63,976 bases of DNA, filler included, from Octopus bimaculoides (GCF_001194135.2; 8 parts of 8 records of this genome joined end to end with filler, not necessarily neighbours in it), one strand, 5' to 3'. Positions 25,620-38,276 are shown, numbered from the whole stretch's first letter. Numbers and translations: made by a program. Notes: generated from the letters alone by a model not told the origin.

Positions 25620-26330
25620 CGACATTGGAGAGCTAAGTAATTACGTTATTGTTTAGGAAAAGTTAGTGGATCTGGCGAACTGGAAGCTAACTTATTGGAA
25701 ACGACTTACATGATAATTCACGCCTGGTATTAAAATGCCGGCATCTCGACTTTTAGTAAATATCCAGTGTACAAGCTGCAAGGCATCAAATGGACAGAGG
25801 TACCGTTTAGAATGAAACAGTTTGGAGTGTGATTTAGGGCCACCGCAGACGTCTGTACACGCAGAGTTTATACTCCAACGGTGAACAGAGCCTTAGACTA
25901 AATTCAGACGGTTATGCGAAGATGCCAGACATGATAGTGAATTTGCTGTTGGAGAGGGTTGCTGTTGGATGGCTATATGTGTTTGCCGTAATTCCTGAAA
26001 GAGCTAGAAGTCGACGAATTTCTTCGACTTCAGCAGAACGTATTTCTGTCCTCTTACTTGCACCAATTTCTGGCTTCCTAATTCTGGTCACCAATATCTA
26101 GCGCTCTAATTGCACCTGAATTATTAATTGTGGTGCGAGATTGAAAAAGACACCGACCGGTTTGCCTGCACAACACCAACGCCAAGCCAGAGGCCAGGAT
26201 CAAGGATATGTTCGAACATCTTTCGAGAGAAACATTGAGGAACGCATGCGCCTGGTTCTAGAATCATCGCAAGACCATCGTGGAAACTGGGAGAGACTAC
26301 GCAGAGTAAGCTATTATCTCCCATTCTTTT
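25620..26330 (+). mobile_element. Highly degenerate LINE (probably RTE) endonuclease remnant
   Basis: Relatively GC-rich island with VYTPT (cf. VYAPT) and downstream APE-like remnants; many stops. Confidence 0.35.
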
Positions 26331-27992
26331 AAAAGTGCTGTAGGTTTGGATGGGATATTATGTTCTTCCCCTGTTTATGCAAACTGTGATATTTTTATCG
26401 AGCACCGGTATAGATATATAGAAAGATCGATCAATACATAAATATAAAGATAAGTAGATAGATGGATAGATAGATAGATAGATAGATAGATAGGTAGATA
26501 GAGAGATAGATAGATACATACATAGACAAACAGAGAATCAGACAGATAAATATATATATATACATACATGTTTGTAGAAATATTGATGCTTGTTATATAA
26601 ATGTTTTTTATTATATGTGTATACATGTACCTCCGTGTATGAAATTGCTTTTAATCATATTTGAACAGAAGTGATATTTTTATATATTGATGGGCAGAAT
26701 ACACTAATGCTTCTTTTATGAAATCGTAACCTGGGCAAATAGCATTGATTTCATATATGTTTTTCACATCACAATTATGTATCCATTACTCTTCAAACCA
26801 ACTCTTTGTGAACTCATTACATTCAACGCTTGCTAATTCTCTAAGTGTCCATTACTAACATTAGCAGAAAGAAAGCCCACCGGGCGGTTTTCTGTTGATC
26901 TATATATATATATATATTCCAAAGTAGCAAACAGAAACCAACACAGAGGAAAACAAACATATATATATCCAGACAAGTTTCCAACTCTTCTGGTGCTTCA
27001 TATTTTATGCTTGGTTAGTTGAACGAAATTGACGAGAAAATTTTTGTCCAGATGGTAAAGCAATCCGGATGCTTATTCTTATAAATTTCAGCTCAAAGTT
27101 AAATAATATCATTAGAACAGGAGGAGAACACATAATGTCATGTGATTATAACGAAATTAACCCACTTTTAGTGAGAATTTTAAATGCCATACAACCTCAG
27201 TTTGTAACTATCACTTTCCTGAAAGTGCCCATAGCATTGAATGCATAACAAAAATGCAAGCTGAAAAATATATGTGCTGTGTACGTCTCATTCAAATTTC
27301 CTCTTACTTTCTATTTTCGAGCTGTTCGGCTGATAGATTTTCGTATCCTGGCGTATAAAATGTTTCGACATAAAGTGATAATTCGTTTAAATTACATGCG
27401 CTCGAGGAGAATAGATTTTACTGTTCATATTATTTCGACAACCGATAGTACCTTACATGGAAAGAAATCAGCACATATTCATAATATCACATACCCACAG
27501 AACGTCACGGATAAAACAAAACAATTTTTTCTCGTGTATTCCATGAGCAGCAAATAATAAATTCTAGAATGGGCAAATTTCAGTCGAAGGTGTAATAGAA
27601 TTATGTCACAAATAATCTCTGTATATCCGAGAATATTTCTTCAAGTATAAACAAGCAAAAAACTAGTTTACCTCTAGTTTAAGATAGAAAGGAATTCTTC
27701 TGCAAGAGATAAACGCACGAAGACATTAGTCCATCGATGAAGTAGCGTCATGTTTACCCATTAGTAGATAAAAGGCCTATGTCATACTTATTTGTAGAAA
27801 ATAAATGCATATTCAAGATCATGTATAGGCGTATGTACAATGAGTGTATCTTTGTATTCTGTGTGATAATATAGACAGGTTGAAAAATATTTCACTTGAT
27901 AATTAATTACATATGACCTAGCTACTCGTTGTAAATAAAACATCAAATATCCCAATGATGAAATGCTGCTACACAATAGAAATCATCCGTTT

Positions 27993-28008
27993 GGGTGTTG
28001 CTTATATT
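27993..28008 (+). promoter_or_regulatory. Conserved upstream motif of B1 (GGGTGTTGCTTATATT)
   Basis: 238 nt upstream of the ATG; resembles the motifs of the other copies. Confidence 0.35.
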
Positions 28009-28230
28009 AAATGTAATATGACTTAGCTAGAAAGTAAATATTTTAGTGTATTTACCCGTTGAGTGAGTTTTTAATTGACTACGAGGAGAATTAATAATTA
28101 ATTACTTCGTATAAATAATACAAATATTGTAGTCTGACGAGTGATACTGTCTATCGTACCGACGCAACAGACTAAATGTAGGTGAACAGGAGTGTGCAAG
28201 AAATTTATTTTGTCCATATGCAACTTTGTA

Positions 28231-29313
28231 ATGGCTTTGCAGTCTTTACCAACACTTCTTTCAAGTAAGGAATCAGCTCATACGTTTAACGATATGTATG
28301 AATCATTTTATATAAATATCGAGGAGTATCGATCAAAGACACTAAAAGAAACAGTTCTAAGTTCGTTTCTGAAGAAACTTAAACACATTTCTATTTTGTA
28401 CAGCTTTCCGTCAACAATGAATATAAAAATTTGGAAAACGTCTGGATTGAAAACATGGATTTATTTTATTTTGCTCTTTCTGCTGTATTTTATTCTCATA
28501 ATAGAAATTATACGATTTCCATACTTCATTTTGGTAAATTATTCAATTGAAGATGCTGAACCGCTATTAGCGAAAAGTTTTCTTTTATTATTGAAGATGG
28601 TTACTGCTATGATTGCGATAAATGTAGTTTGGAACAGGCAAACAATAAATCAATTGTTGAGAGACTTAAGTGATTATATTCCAGTAAACCAAGATGCTGA
28701 GTATATGGCAAGGTGTAACGAAAGAGGAATGTGTTATATCAAAACTAATATATGTTCTGTGGGTTTGCTATCTATTTCACTCCAAATAATTTTACCACTT
28801 GTTTTGGTTGATCCGCATTATTATCTAGATGTCTTTGCTTTCCCAGGATCCCGTGAGAATAAGTATTTTGTATTTGTTTTAGTACTAAATTGTATGACAA
28901 ATATGTTGGCTTACATGCTTTCATCGCCTGTTCAATCCATGTCCGGTATTACTCTGCTACTTATAAAAGATGAGTTTCAATGTTTGTCAGAGAAACTTCG
29001 AAATGTTTTTCGGAAAATGCGAAGTGAACAGACACGAGTATTTCTAACGCGTACAGACTGCAATAAAATTTTATATCAGATAATAGACCAGCATGGGAAT
29101 ATTTGTGAATTACTAAAAGCTTTAAACGCAGTAAATCAAGCTGGATGTACACTTACTGTAATATTGGTCGCTATTCAATGCTGTTTTATAACATATGAAT
29201 TAGCAAACGGCTCAGTTAGCTCCAAAGTCTACGGGATTCAATCGATATTTGGAATATGTGCAGTAGTGGTGGTTTTGCTGGTGATATATAATGCTCTACA
29301 AATTAATTACTGC
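28231..29313 (+). CDS. GRL/7TMIC-like chemoreceptor, large first exon (copy B1, 361 codons)
   Basis: ATG at 28231 (MALQSL) aligns with the B2 start. Six TM segments and IIDQHGNICELLKALNAV. Ends YNALQINYC|gtaagt (phase-0 donor at 29314). Confidence 0.75.
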
Positions 29314-29344
29314 GTAAGTATTATATTTATTATTTTCCCTTAGC

Positions 29345-31179
29345 TGTTCTTTCATTTCTTTCTCCATGATTTCATTGAACTCTAGTATACCAAGTTATTT
29401 ATAACCTTCCTTTTCGACTTGTTTAATCGCTTCTCCATTAAGTAATTTTATCCTCGCTAGGAACAGTACCTTACCTCTTTTCAGGTTTCTTATACCGCAC
29501 CTCTTGAGTCCGATTTCCATCTTGATATCAGTACTAATCTAGTGGACTATATTCCCCAAAGCACTCACTTGTGCCTCATCCTTGCCATACAGCTTCAAAT
29601 CATCCATGAAGCGGAGATGTTTGATTCTTTGAGATTTTCCCTATCTCATGTTCCTTTTCTTCAGCGCCAAGGTCAGAGGAATCCTACAAAGAAAAAAATA
29701 GTAATGGTGATAAGTTATCTCATGGGAAAATCCTTCATCTGATATCCAGGCTGTCCAAGCTTTGTACGTACGGTGTACATCCCCACCATACTTCACTTCA
29801 GAAAATACGTTTTATGCCTTGCACTTCCAACAATCCTAAGCACTCGGCGTTCCAGGAATGTGGAATCGTATCAAGATTTGCGGTAGTTAATCTAATCCAT
29901 TCTCAGATTTGTCCTCCTTCGGTTACGCTCATGCATTACAATTTTGTTTATCAATAATTAGTGTCCAATACTTATGCATCCCTTCTAGCAACCCTTTTGT
30001 TTCATCGCTAAGGTGTCGTCAACATCAAGAAATTTGTACATTCCTTCTGCAATCCCTCCTGATAGTAACTTCCACGTCAATGGAAGGTAAGAAATCGGCT
30101 TGTCATTGTCGGCAGCATTTCCTTTCAATGTACACTTCATGCACAACGCTGTTCGTCTTTCGGTCAACCACTCCGGGATTTTCTCTTCTCCATGTGCGAT
30201 CATGGCACCACCTGAACATTGTTATCCAAAATCCCTGCACACCATCAGGTCCTGCTGCCCTGCAGTTGCTCATCTTTTTGCTCATATTTCTGATACTGTA
30301 TTCGGTAAAGTGGGGTAGATCCTTGCTGGGATAAACGTCAGGCTACAGAGCCATTTATCTCCAGAATTGTGTTGTATTTGCTTACTCCATATATCACTCC
30401 AAAACTGTTGACTTTCATCAGCAGTAGGGATTAATCTTTTGCTTTCTATATCACCCTTAATTATGATAAAATGCTTTTTGGTCGATTCTAAACAATCGTT
30501 TTGTCGGTTTTGTTTAATCTGTAGTTCAAACATAGCTAGCTTTGCTTCTTGGCAAGTATGCGCTGCTCCACTCCTCCAACTACAACATTTCGTCCTTTTT
30601 TTTTATCAACAGCATACTTTTCCAATTTTTCAAATTTGCGATCATTCTTCATTTCTCGTCTTCTTCATTTTCCCTGTCAAGTTACTGCTCCTCCGACAGC
30701 TTATATCTCCTGAGATTCTTTTCCGCCAAGATTTTCTTTATTTCCTTCTCTTTCTGTCAACGTTCTGTTCGCATTCGTCTTCAGTACCAGACTTTCTGTC
30801 ACAAACTTATTTGAAGCCTTGATGACTCTCTTACTCTTTTACTCTTTTACTTGTTGCAGTCATTTGACTGTGGCCATGCTGGAGCACCGCCTTTAGTCAA
30901 GCAAATCGACCCCAGGACTTATTCTTTGTAAGCCTAGTACTTATTCTATCGGTCTCTTTTTGCCGAANNNNNNNNNNAATCGACCCCAGGACTTATTCTT
31001 TGTAAGCCTAGTACTTATTCTATCGGTCTCTTTTTGCCGAACCGCTAAGTTAGGGGGACGTAAACACACCAGCATCGGTTGTCAAGCGATGATGGGGGGA
31101 CAAACACAGACACAGACACACGCACAAACACACGCACAAACACACGCACAAACACACGCACATAGACACATACACACAA

Positions 31180-31218
<39 letters not shown>

Positions 31219-31800
31219 CACATATATACGACAGGCTTGTTTCAGTTTCCGTCTACCAAATCCACTCACAAGGCTTTGGTCGGCCCGAGGACACTTGCCC
31301 AAGGTGCCACGCAGTGGGACTGAATGTGGTTCGTAAGCAAGCTACTTACACACAGCCACTCCTACGTCTGAGTTTATCTGTTTGTGTGATATTCTTAATT
31401 TCAACGTACTTGAATACATTATTGACTCTACTTGTCTCTTGATTTAGTCTCCATTTGTCACCTTTCTTGAAGTCGCATATAAATTTTGTCTCCTCTGCAT
31501 TTACTAGAACCAAAATTCAGCTCATTACTATCTGGTCTCGACTCTCGCACAACTCGCGGCAATATATACTTCTTGGCAATTATCCATTTCTTCTATTGCG
31601 CAACTTCCGTTTCTCGTATGACCAGCATTACTTGATATCCTTCTTTTGATGGTTTCTAACTCCACTTCTGATAACCATCCATTCGTCCGTATTCCTCTTT
31701 TTACTGCTACTTAAAGCGGTAATGGCTTCATCGATAGTGTTATTAGAAGGGAAGCTATATTTTTTATAGTGAGAGGAAGAACACTTAATGGAGTCTGCAT
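29345..31800 (-). mobile_element. Degenerate R4/Dong-like non-LTR retrotransposon, interrupted by SINEs at ~30840-31370
   Basis: Minus-strand fragments NGWLSEVELETIKRR, IPTADESQQFWSDIWS, AAGPDGVQGFWI, PEWLTERRT..KPISYLPLTWKLLSG..QKGC and HLRFMDDLKLYGKDE. The 5' end abuts a (TAA)n tract. Confidence 0.75.
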
Positions 31801-31831
31801 TCTAAATATCATCATAATCATTATCCTCATC

Positions 31832-31872
<41 letters not shown>

Positions 31873-32471
31873 GGTTATTGATTGATTGATTGATTGATTG
31901 GTTGAGAGATAGCGCATGCCATCAAAGTGATACTAGGATACAAGTATACGAAACCCAATATATCCATCATGACTACGCGTCTGAAATGTGTACACCAGGT
32001 ACATGCATCTCAAAATGGTGATCTCATAGGACGAACGGCGCATGACCTCGCAGGTGGATCCCAGGTAAAATGAGGCCCATCCTGATCAAAAGGTTCCTGA
32101 ATAAGGTTTGTCAAAGGGTGATGCGGAAAACACCTACGTTACCAGAGGTGAATTATTATGAAACCCCAAACTACTCCTCTGAACACATGGCTACGTCTGC
32201 CTACGTCTGCCTACGTCTGCCTACGTCTGCCTATGTCTGCCTACGCCTGCCTACGCCTGCCCATGATCAGAGATGCACATATCGTCAGCCACCAAGGGAC
32301 ATGCTCAACTAGTTAAGGTAAAAAAAACTTACAAGCAAATCTCTGGTATTGAGCAGAATATTTGTTGTAGCCCATCTTTATACCAAGACAAAATAATGTA
32401 CATGATAACACTTCCAATCAGGTAAGCTCACAACCCATGGGAGCCACTACCTGGTACTGCATCAGGACATA

Positions 32472-32534
<63 letters not shown>

Positions 32535-32803
32535 CATTATCATCATCATCATTATTATTATTATTTTATGTTTGACTTTTGCTTTGCATTTGTACAAGTT
32601 AGATCCAAGTCTCACCCAGAGACCTCAAGAGACAACAAGTTAGAAGTTCATGTAGGTGTTATGCCTAGGGTACCATATATTTGGATTTGTACAGTTTTGT
32701 TCAAGTGAATGTTTAAGAAACCATAAGAAAATTATGTGTTTGCTTTAAAATTTGAGATCACATAGACAGTATTTTACGTAGGATATGGGCAGTTCCCATG
32801 AGC

Positions 32804-32869
<66 letters not shown>

Positions 32870-33554
32870 GTCAGTGAGCTGGCAGAATGGTTAGCACACC
32901 GGCATTTCGTCCGTCTTTATTATCTGATTTCAAATCCCGCGCAGATGACTTTCACTTTCATTCTTTCGATCTCTATCAATTACGTTCTAGCAAAACACTG
33001 GGGTTGATGCAATTGACTACACCCGTCACATTTCAGGCCTTGTGCGTTTAGTAGAAAACATTATTATTATTATCATCACGAATAATGATACATTTATTAC
33101 TGCATCCATTATTTAGACAAAGTAGCTGACTGGCATGTACATCGCCACATTAATGTGGCTTTTGTTCTTACTTTCACAGTTATAATTAACAATATTTCTA
33201 AGCTAAGATTTGGTTTTAGTATTAGTTTCTTCACAATATTTATTTCGCAGTCGATAAAATTTTCAGGATTTGGATGCAATGATATCGTCATATACGACCG
33301 TCAGCTTGTGTATTTATATGCCTATGTATTTGTGCATAAAAAATTATATTATTAGGCTGCAGGAAATATGGCTAATGTATTACTGCGATAGGCATTTTCC
33401 CTTACTTTTCTCTGCTCGTATAACCTATAGCCAACTTAATACACGGTGAAAGTCATTAGAGAACATCAGCTAATGAATTGATAATAAAAAACTCCAGATG
33501 AATTATGGGTTTATATACAATCAACAAACTAATGAGATATTGTATTTACCATCT

Positions 33555-33570
33555 GGGCGTGGATTTCTTT
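33555..33570 (+). promoter_or_regulatory. Upstream KLF/Sp-like box of B2 (GGGCGTGGATTTCTTT)
   Basis: 165 nt upstream of the ATG; only the GGGCGTGG core is shared. Confidence 0.3.
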
Positions 33571-33719
33571 ACTGCATGAAAACGTATTATGTATTGATTA
33601 TAAATGTTATAGCTAGTGTTCGCAGATGTAAATTATGAACTCTCCTTCAGACACAGAAATCAAAACTCGATCTCGCTGCGATTGTGCGTTATATTCACTA
33701 TTTGCTTCCAAAATATGTA

Positions 33720-34805
33720 ATGACTCTTAGAAATCTTTATCCACAGTTTTCTTCAAACATGGAATCACTTCATTCAGTCTTCGACACATATCAGTCAGTG
33801 GAGATAGGTATGGACAGCTATCAGTCAAAAGCTATAAAACACACTGTTTTTAATTCATTCCTGGAGAAAATTCGGTGGTTTACAATTTTATGTAGGTTTC
33901 CTTCTGAAATGAATATAAAAACTTGGAAATCATCAGGAGTAAAAGAACGAATTTTGTACTGTATCCTTTTATTGCTCTACATTATTATTATAAGCGAAAT
34001 TGTACGTTTTCCTTGGTTTATTTTGGAAAATTATTCAACTGAAGATACTCGACCTCTATTAGCGAAAAGTTTTCTTCTATCTCTCAAATTCTTTCCCGGT
34101 ATGAATGCAATAAATATAATCTGGAACAGACAACTTTTCAATAAGTTAATACAAGAATTCGGTAGTTACATTCCGATGAACCAAAATACTGAATATATGG
34201 CTAAATACAAACAATTTGGAATGCTTTATATTAAAATTCAGATATGTTTAAGTCTGTTGATACCTTTTGTCGCCCAGGGTCTTTTACCAATTTTGTCAAA
34301 TAACGGGATTCGTTTCCTAGATGCTTTAGCATTTCCAGTATCAATTAAGAGCGAATTTTATGGATATGTTGTGGCATTAAACTGCATGACAAGTGTATTC
34401 ACTTATATACTGATAGCATCGAATAGCATACTCTTCTACATATCACTTTCTATTTTAAAAGATGAGTTTAAATTTTTGTCGGAGAAACTTGAAAACGTCT
34501 TTCAAAACATGCGCACTGAAAATACGGAATTATTTGTTGTGCGTACTAATTACAACAAAATATTATATCATATAATTAATCAGCATGGGATTCTTTGTGA
34601 CTTGCTCAAATCTATCAATGGAATATCTCAAAGTACATATACAGTTACATGGATATTTTTACTTTTTAATTGCTGTCTTATGGCATATGGAATAGCAAAT
34701 AACTTAGTAAAAGAACATGGATACATGATACAATTTATCTATGGTATAATAGCGATTGTATACTGTTTGCCGGCAATACATAAAGGTCTACAGCTAAATT
34801 TCCAT
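33720..34805 (+). CDS. GRL/7TMIC-like chemoreceptor, large first exon (copy B2, 362 codons)
   Basis: ATG at 33720 (MTLRNL). Six TM segments and IINQHGILCDLLKSINGI. Ends HKGLQLNFH|gtaaga (phase-0 donor at 34806). Confidence 0.75.
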
Positions 34806-35151
34806 GTAAGAATTATGTTTTAATTAAATTTTTATTATCACTAAAATTATATATTTGAATCTCATATAACACTTTATTCGTTATGTCTTTATATTTTCGT
34901 ATATATTTCGTTATGCCTATATTTTCACATATATATTTTCATTCCCATAGCACAGAGAAGATACAGCGTCACAAATCGTACTTTAGATATGTAAATTTAG
35001 ACACTCCAAGATTTGCACACATTTATACCTATACTCATACTTACATGGACACACGCATAAATATATATGCACACAATTGTATCTATCTCTAATTACATAT
35101 TTACATCTATGCAGCAATGTATCTATGTTTCTAAATATTTATCTAACTGTA

Positions 35152-36022
35152 TCTACTACATAAGTGGGGACTTCTGGCTGTGGGTGTGTTTGTGGAGTTG
35201 CTAGCTAACTCCTCCTATGTCGTTTTATCGATTTTGATGAAACTTGACACGTGACTAGAACTCATGTCTGGAAACCTCATGACATACTCAGATTGTTGAA
35301 ATAATTGATAATAGGGCCCCTGGAATGGATCTTTATATATATCTAATATGTTTCATTTTAACATCCAAGGGAAATAACTGATTCGCTCAGATTTTAACAG
35401 CCAAGAGAAATAACCCATTCACTTTCCTTAAATCTTTTGGTATAAATCAAATTGAGTATGCTTATTTCTTAGTATTTGAACTGTTAGAGTTATTTTCGCA
35501 ATTTCTTCAGTACAACCAGTAAACAAGTAAATATTATTTTCTTAAACAATAGATCCACTTATTTCGGTTAGTTATTTATTCACGAATATACCAACACTAG
35601 CGCCCCTGAAGGTAATATTCTCTGGGAACGCACAAAAGCCCTTTTCAGAGTTATTTACTTTAAATTGCTAACATGCTTCGTGATTTTAGTATACATAATT
35701 TATTAATATTTCTTCCTAAGTTCTATATACTCTGGGAACGCATTAAAGCCTTTTTGGCGGTTACTTTATTTGAATTCTTATTATCGGGCAGCTAATTTCA
35801 TTTTGTTGCATAACTGACTTCACAATTTGGGTATTCACAACTTATTGGGAATTCCTAAAAACAAGATCCTGTGTAAGACAGTTTGGTATTCTCTGTAAAT
35901 GCACAAAACCAGTTTTAATGGCTACATACTTTGTATTGTTGTTATTTGATTAGCGAAACAATTATGAGAACAGAACCAAGGGATATGCCCCGCTTTCCTA
36001 GGAATTACCGAGTAGTCAGCTA

Positions 36023-36023
<1 letters not shown>
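35152..36023 (+). mobile_element. Putative non-autonomous Helitron
   Basis: Begins TC (a|tctactacataa) and ends CTAG|t (..gagtagtcagctag|t), i.e. inserted between A and T, with no TIR or TSD. Confidence 0.5.
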
Positions 36024-36068
<45 letters not shown>

Positions 36069-36206
36069 NNNNNNNNNNNNNNNNNNNNNNNNNNNNNNNN
36101 NNNNNNNNNNNNTTAATTAATTAANNNNNNNNNNNNNNNNNNNNNNNNNNNNNNNNNNNNNNNNNNNNAGAAGAAGAAGAAGAAGAAGAAGAAGAAGAAG
36201 AAGAAG

Positions 36207-36237
<31 letters not shown>

Positions 36238-37737
36238 GTTGTGAACGCGGAAAAATAAAAGGTCAAATCCTCCATCCAATTCATCCATAATTTTTCCTAT
36301 AAACGTGTCTTAAACCTTGTCACAACTCCACTGGAAAGGAAAAACCTATCATTATCTTCGATATTGATTTATTTCAGCTGAACACAAGACGACATTTTTT
36401 TAATACTTTGGCGGTGGCGGTGACGACGACGATCGCGACGACGACCATGGCGACGGTGGTGAAAGCTGCAGCAGTGGAGATGGAGGACGGTTCAGTGAAT
36501 CAACTCGGGTGTATTATAGATGTGTATGTTGTTTGCTAACCACAGTGGTGGGGAGTAATTTTTTTGTTTTTGAAATATAGCGACTCGGAAGAGATTTGAA
36601 CTCAGATAAATGTATTATTTTACTTACGTTGTTTAATGATCCTAAAATATTTCGGGAAATATCCCCCTTTGCAAATAGAAGAAAGAAAAGTAAGAGTGTA
36701 GAGAAATGTGTTGGTACCGACAGGCTATTCTAGTGTGTTGTGAATGTTATTAAATCATTTAAACCGGATATTTCAGGCATTCTACCAGGTCCTATATCAG
36801 CTTGCTACTCTCGGCCCTGTTGGCTCACATAATGATTTGAAACCCGCGTGTCAGTCTCTTTGTAGTTGTTCGGCCTTTCTAGAAATACCAAAACCAAATG
36901 TTCCTCGAAATCAGTCTACTGTTTAAAAGAGAGTCTATTCCTTCATACCTGAAGAAAGATGGAGTGTTCAAATTTGGAATGCTATTGAAAATAGGCTTTC
37001 TCGATCAGACAACATAAAGTGAAGCGAAAAAGTACCACGAAACAGTTTCATTGGCATTCTTCCAATTCTACTATCTACTGGTTTTGGATCTCAATCAATT
37101 CTTCCATCTGAATTTTCGACCAATTCAACCATTAACTACCTTTCGCTCTCTACCAATTCTTGCATCCACTTGAAATATGAATTAAGGAATTCTAGCAGAG
37201 CTGCAGTGTCACACATTGAAATGAAGACAGAGAATGTCGTGTTAATAATTCTTCAAAACGTTTCAACGGATTTAAGAAAACAGTTAAGATTGACTGAATA
37301 TCTAAAGTATAGAATTGATTAAACAGGTTGCAGTATTTTGGTAACTATTTGCTTCATTCGTCAAGTAAATGCAAAAGCATCCTAGCATTCAAAAAAATAT
37401 TTTAGCATTCAAAAACGCACAGCAGCGTTCAAGGTCAATTTGTGCCAAGCGGCTTTGCGTGCTTTAGCTTCGTTACTATGGCAATAGTCCGGATACTTAT
37501 TGATCAGATCTCGTATAGGTTGAACTATGTAAAAATGTCTCTGAAGCAAAATTTTTTAATCCCGCCCTTAAAATAGCATTGTGGATCCTCAATTTACTAT
37601 GTCGTTATGTGGACACCCAAAAATCTGATATGGACCCTCAGGGGACCATGTGGACCCCGTTTGAGAATCACTGTTTTAAATCACGCTGAGATTCATCTTT
37701 ATTTTTTTATCTTCCGATGAGGTGATAAAACAAGGTA

Positions 37738-38276
37738 TTAGGTTGAGGAAAAGGTTCGTGCGCCGAAGTTGTGCCGAATGGTCGCGCCATCAACGCTGAA
37801 CTTTACTGCGAACAACTAGATCGAGTGTACGATGCGCTGGTTGAAAAGTACCCGAGACTTGTTGGTCGAAAACGCGCTTTGTTTCAACAAGACAATGCAA
37901 AGCCGCATACCGCCAGAAAGACCAGCAACAAGACTGAAGAATTGGACGGTGTGGAAGTTCTGCCGCATCCAGCCTAAAGTCCAGACGTTGCTCCATCTGA
38001 CTACGATCTCTTCTGATCAATGTAGCACTTTATGAAAGGTCACCGATTTGAGTCATTCGATGAAGTTGAAGAAGCCCGTCAAAGTTTTTTTTTTTTATTC
38101 AAAGCCAAAGGATTGGTACTGTGACCAAATCCGAAACATTGCAGATCGCTGGTAGAAGGTCGCGGGAAAATGATGGTCTTTATTTTGAAGAAGAGTTGTT
38201 GTTGTTTTTGAATAAATTCTTGCATAAAAAAAAAATCCTCATTTAACACGGCGCACGAACTTTTTCCTCGACCTAG
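37738..38276 (+). mobile_element. Internally deleted mariner element
   Basis: TIRs ttaggttgaggaaaaggttcgtgcgccg / cggcgcacgaactttttcctcgacctag. Transposase remnant FQQDNAKPH..HPA*SPDVAPSDY. Confidence 0.85.

Noticed and set aside
30903-31041. 65-bp direct repeat either side of a 10-N gap
   Set aside because: Typical unmerged contig overlap within a SINE.
33155-33355. ORF with KFSGFG..DRQLVYL, superficially like a GR TM7 lead-in, between B1 and B2
   Set aside because: No TYxxxxxQF motif, the nearby acceptor (ctttcacag|TTA TAA) gives an immediate phase-0 stop, and part of it resembles SINE sequence.
13558-34805. Assignment of the receptors to GPCRs or to octopus Cys-loop chemotactile receptors
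   Set aside because: No DRY/NPxxY motifs, no signal peptide, no large extracellular beta-rich domain and no Cys-loop.
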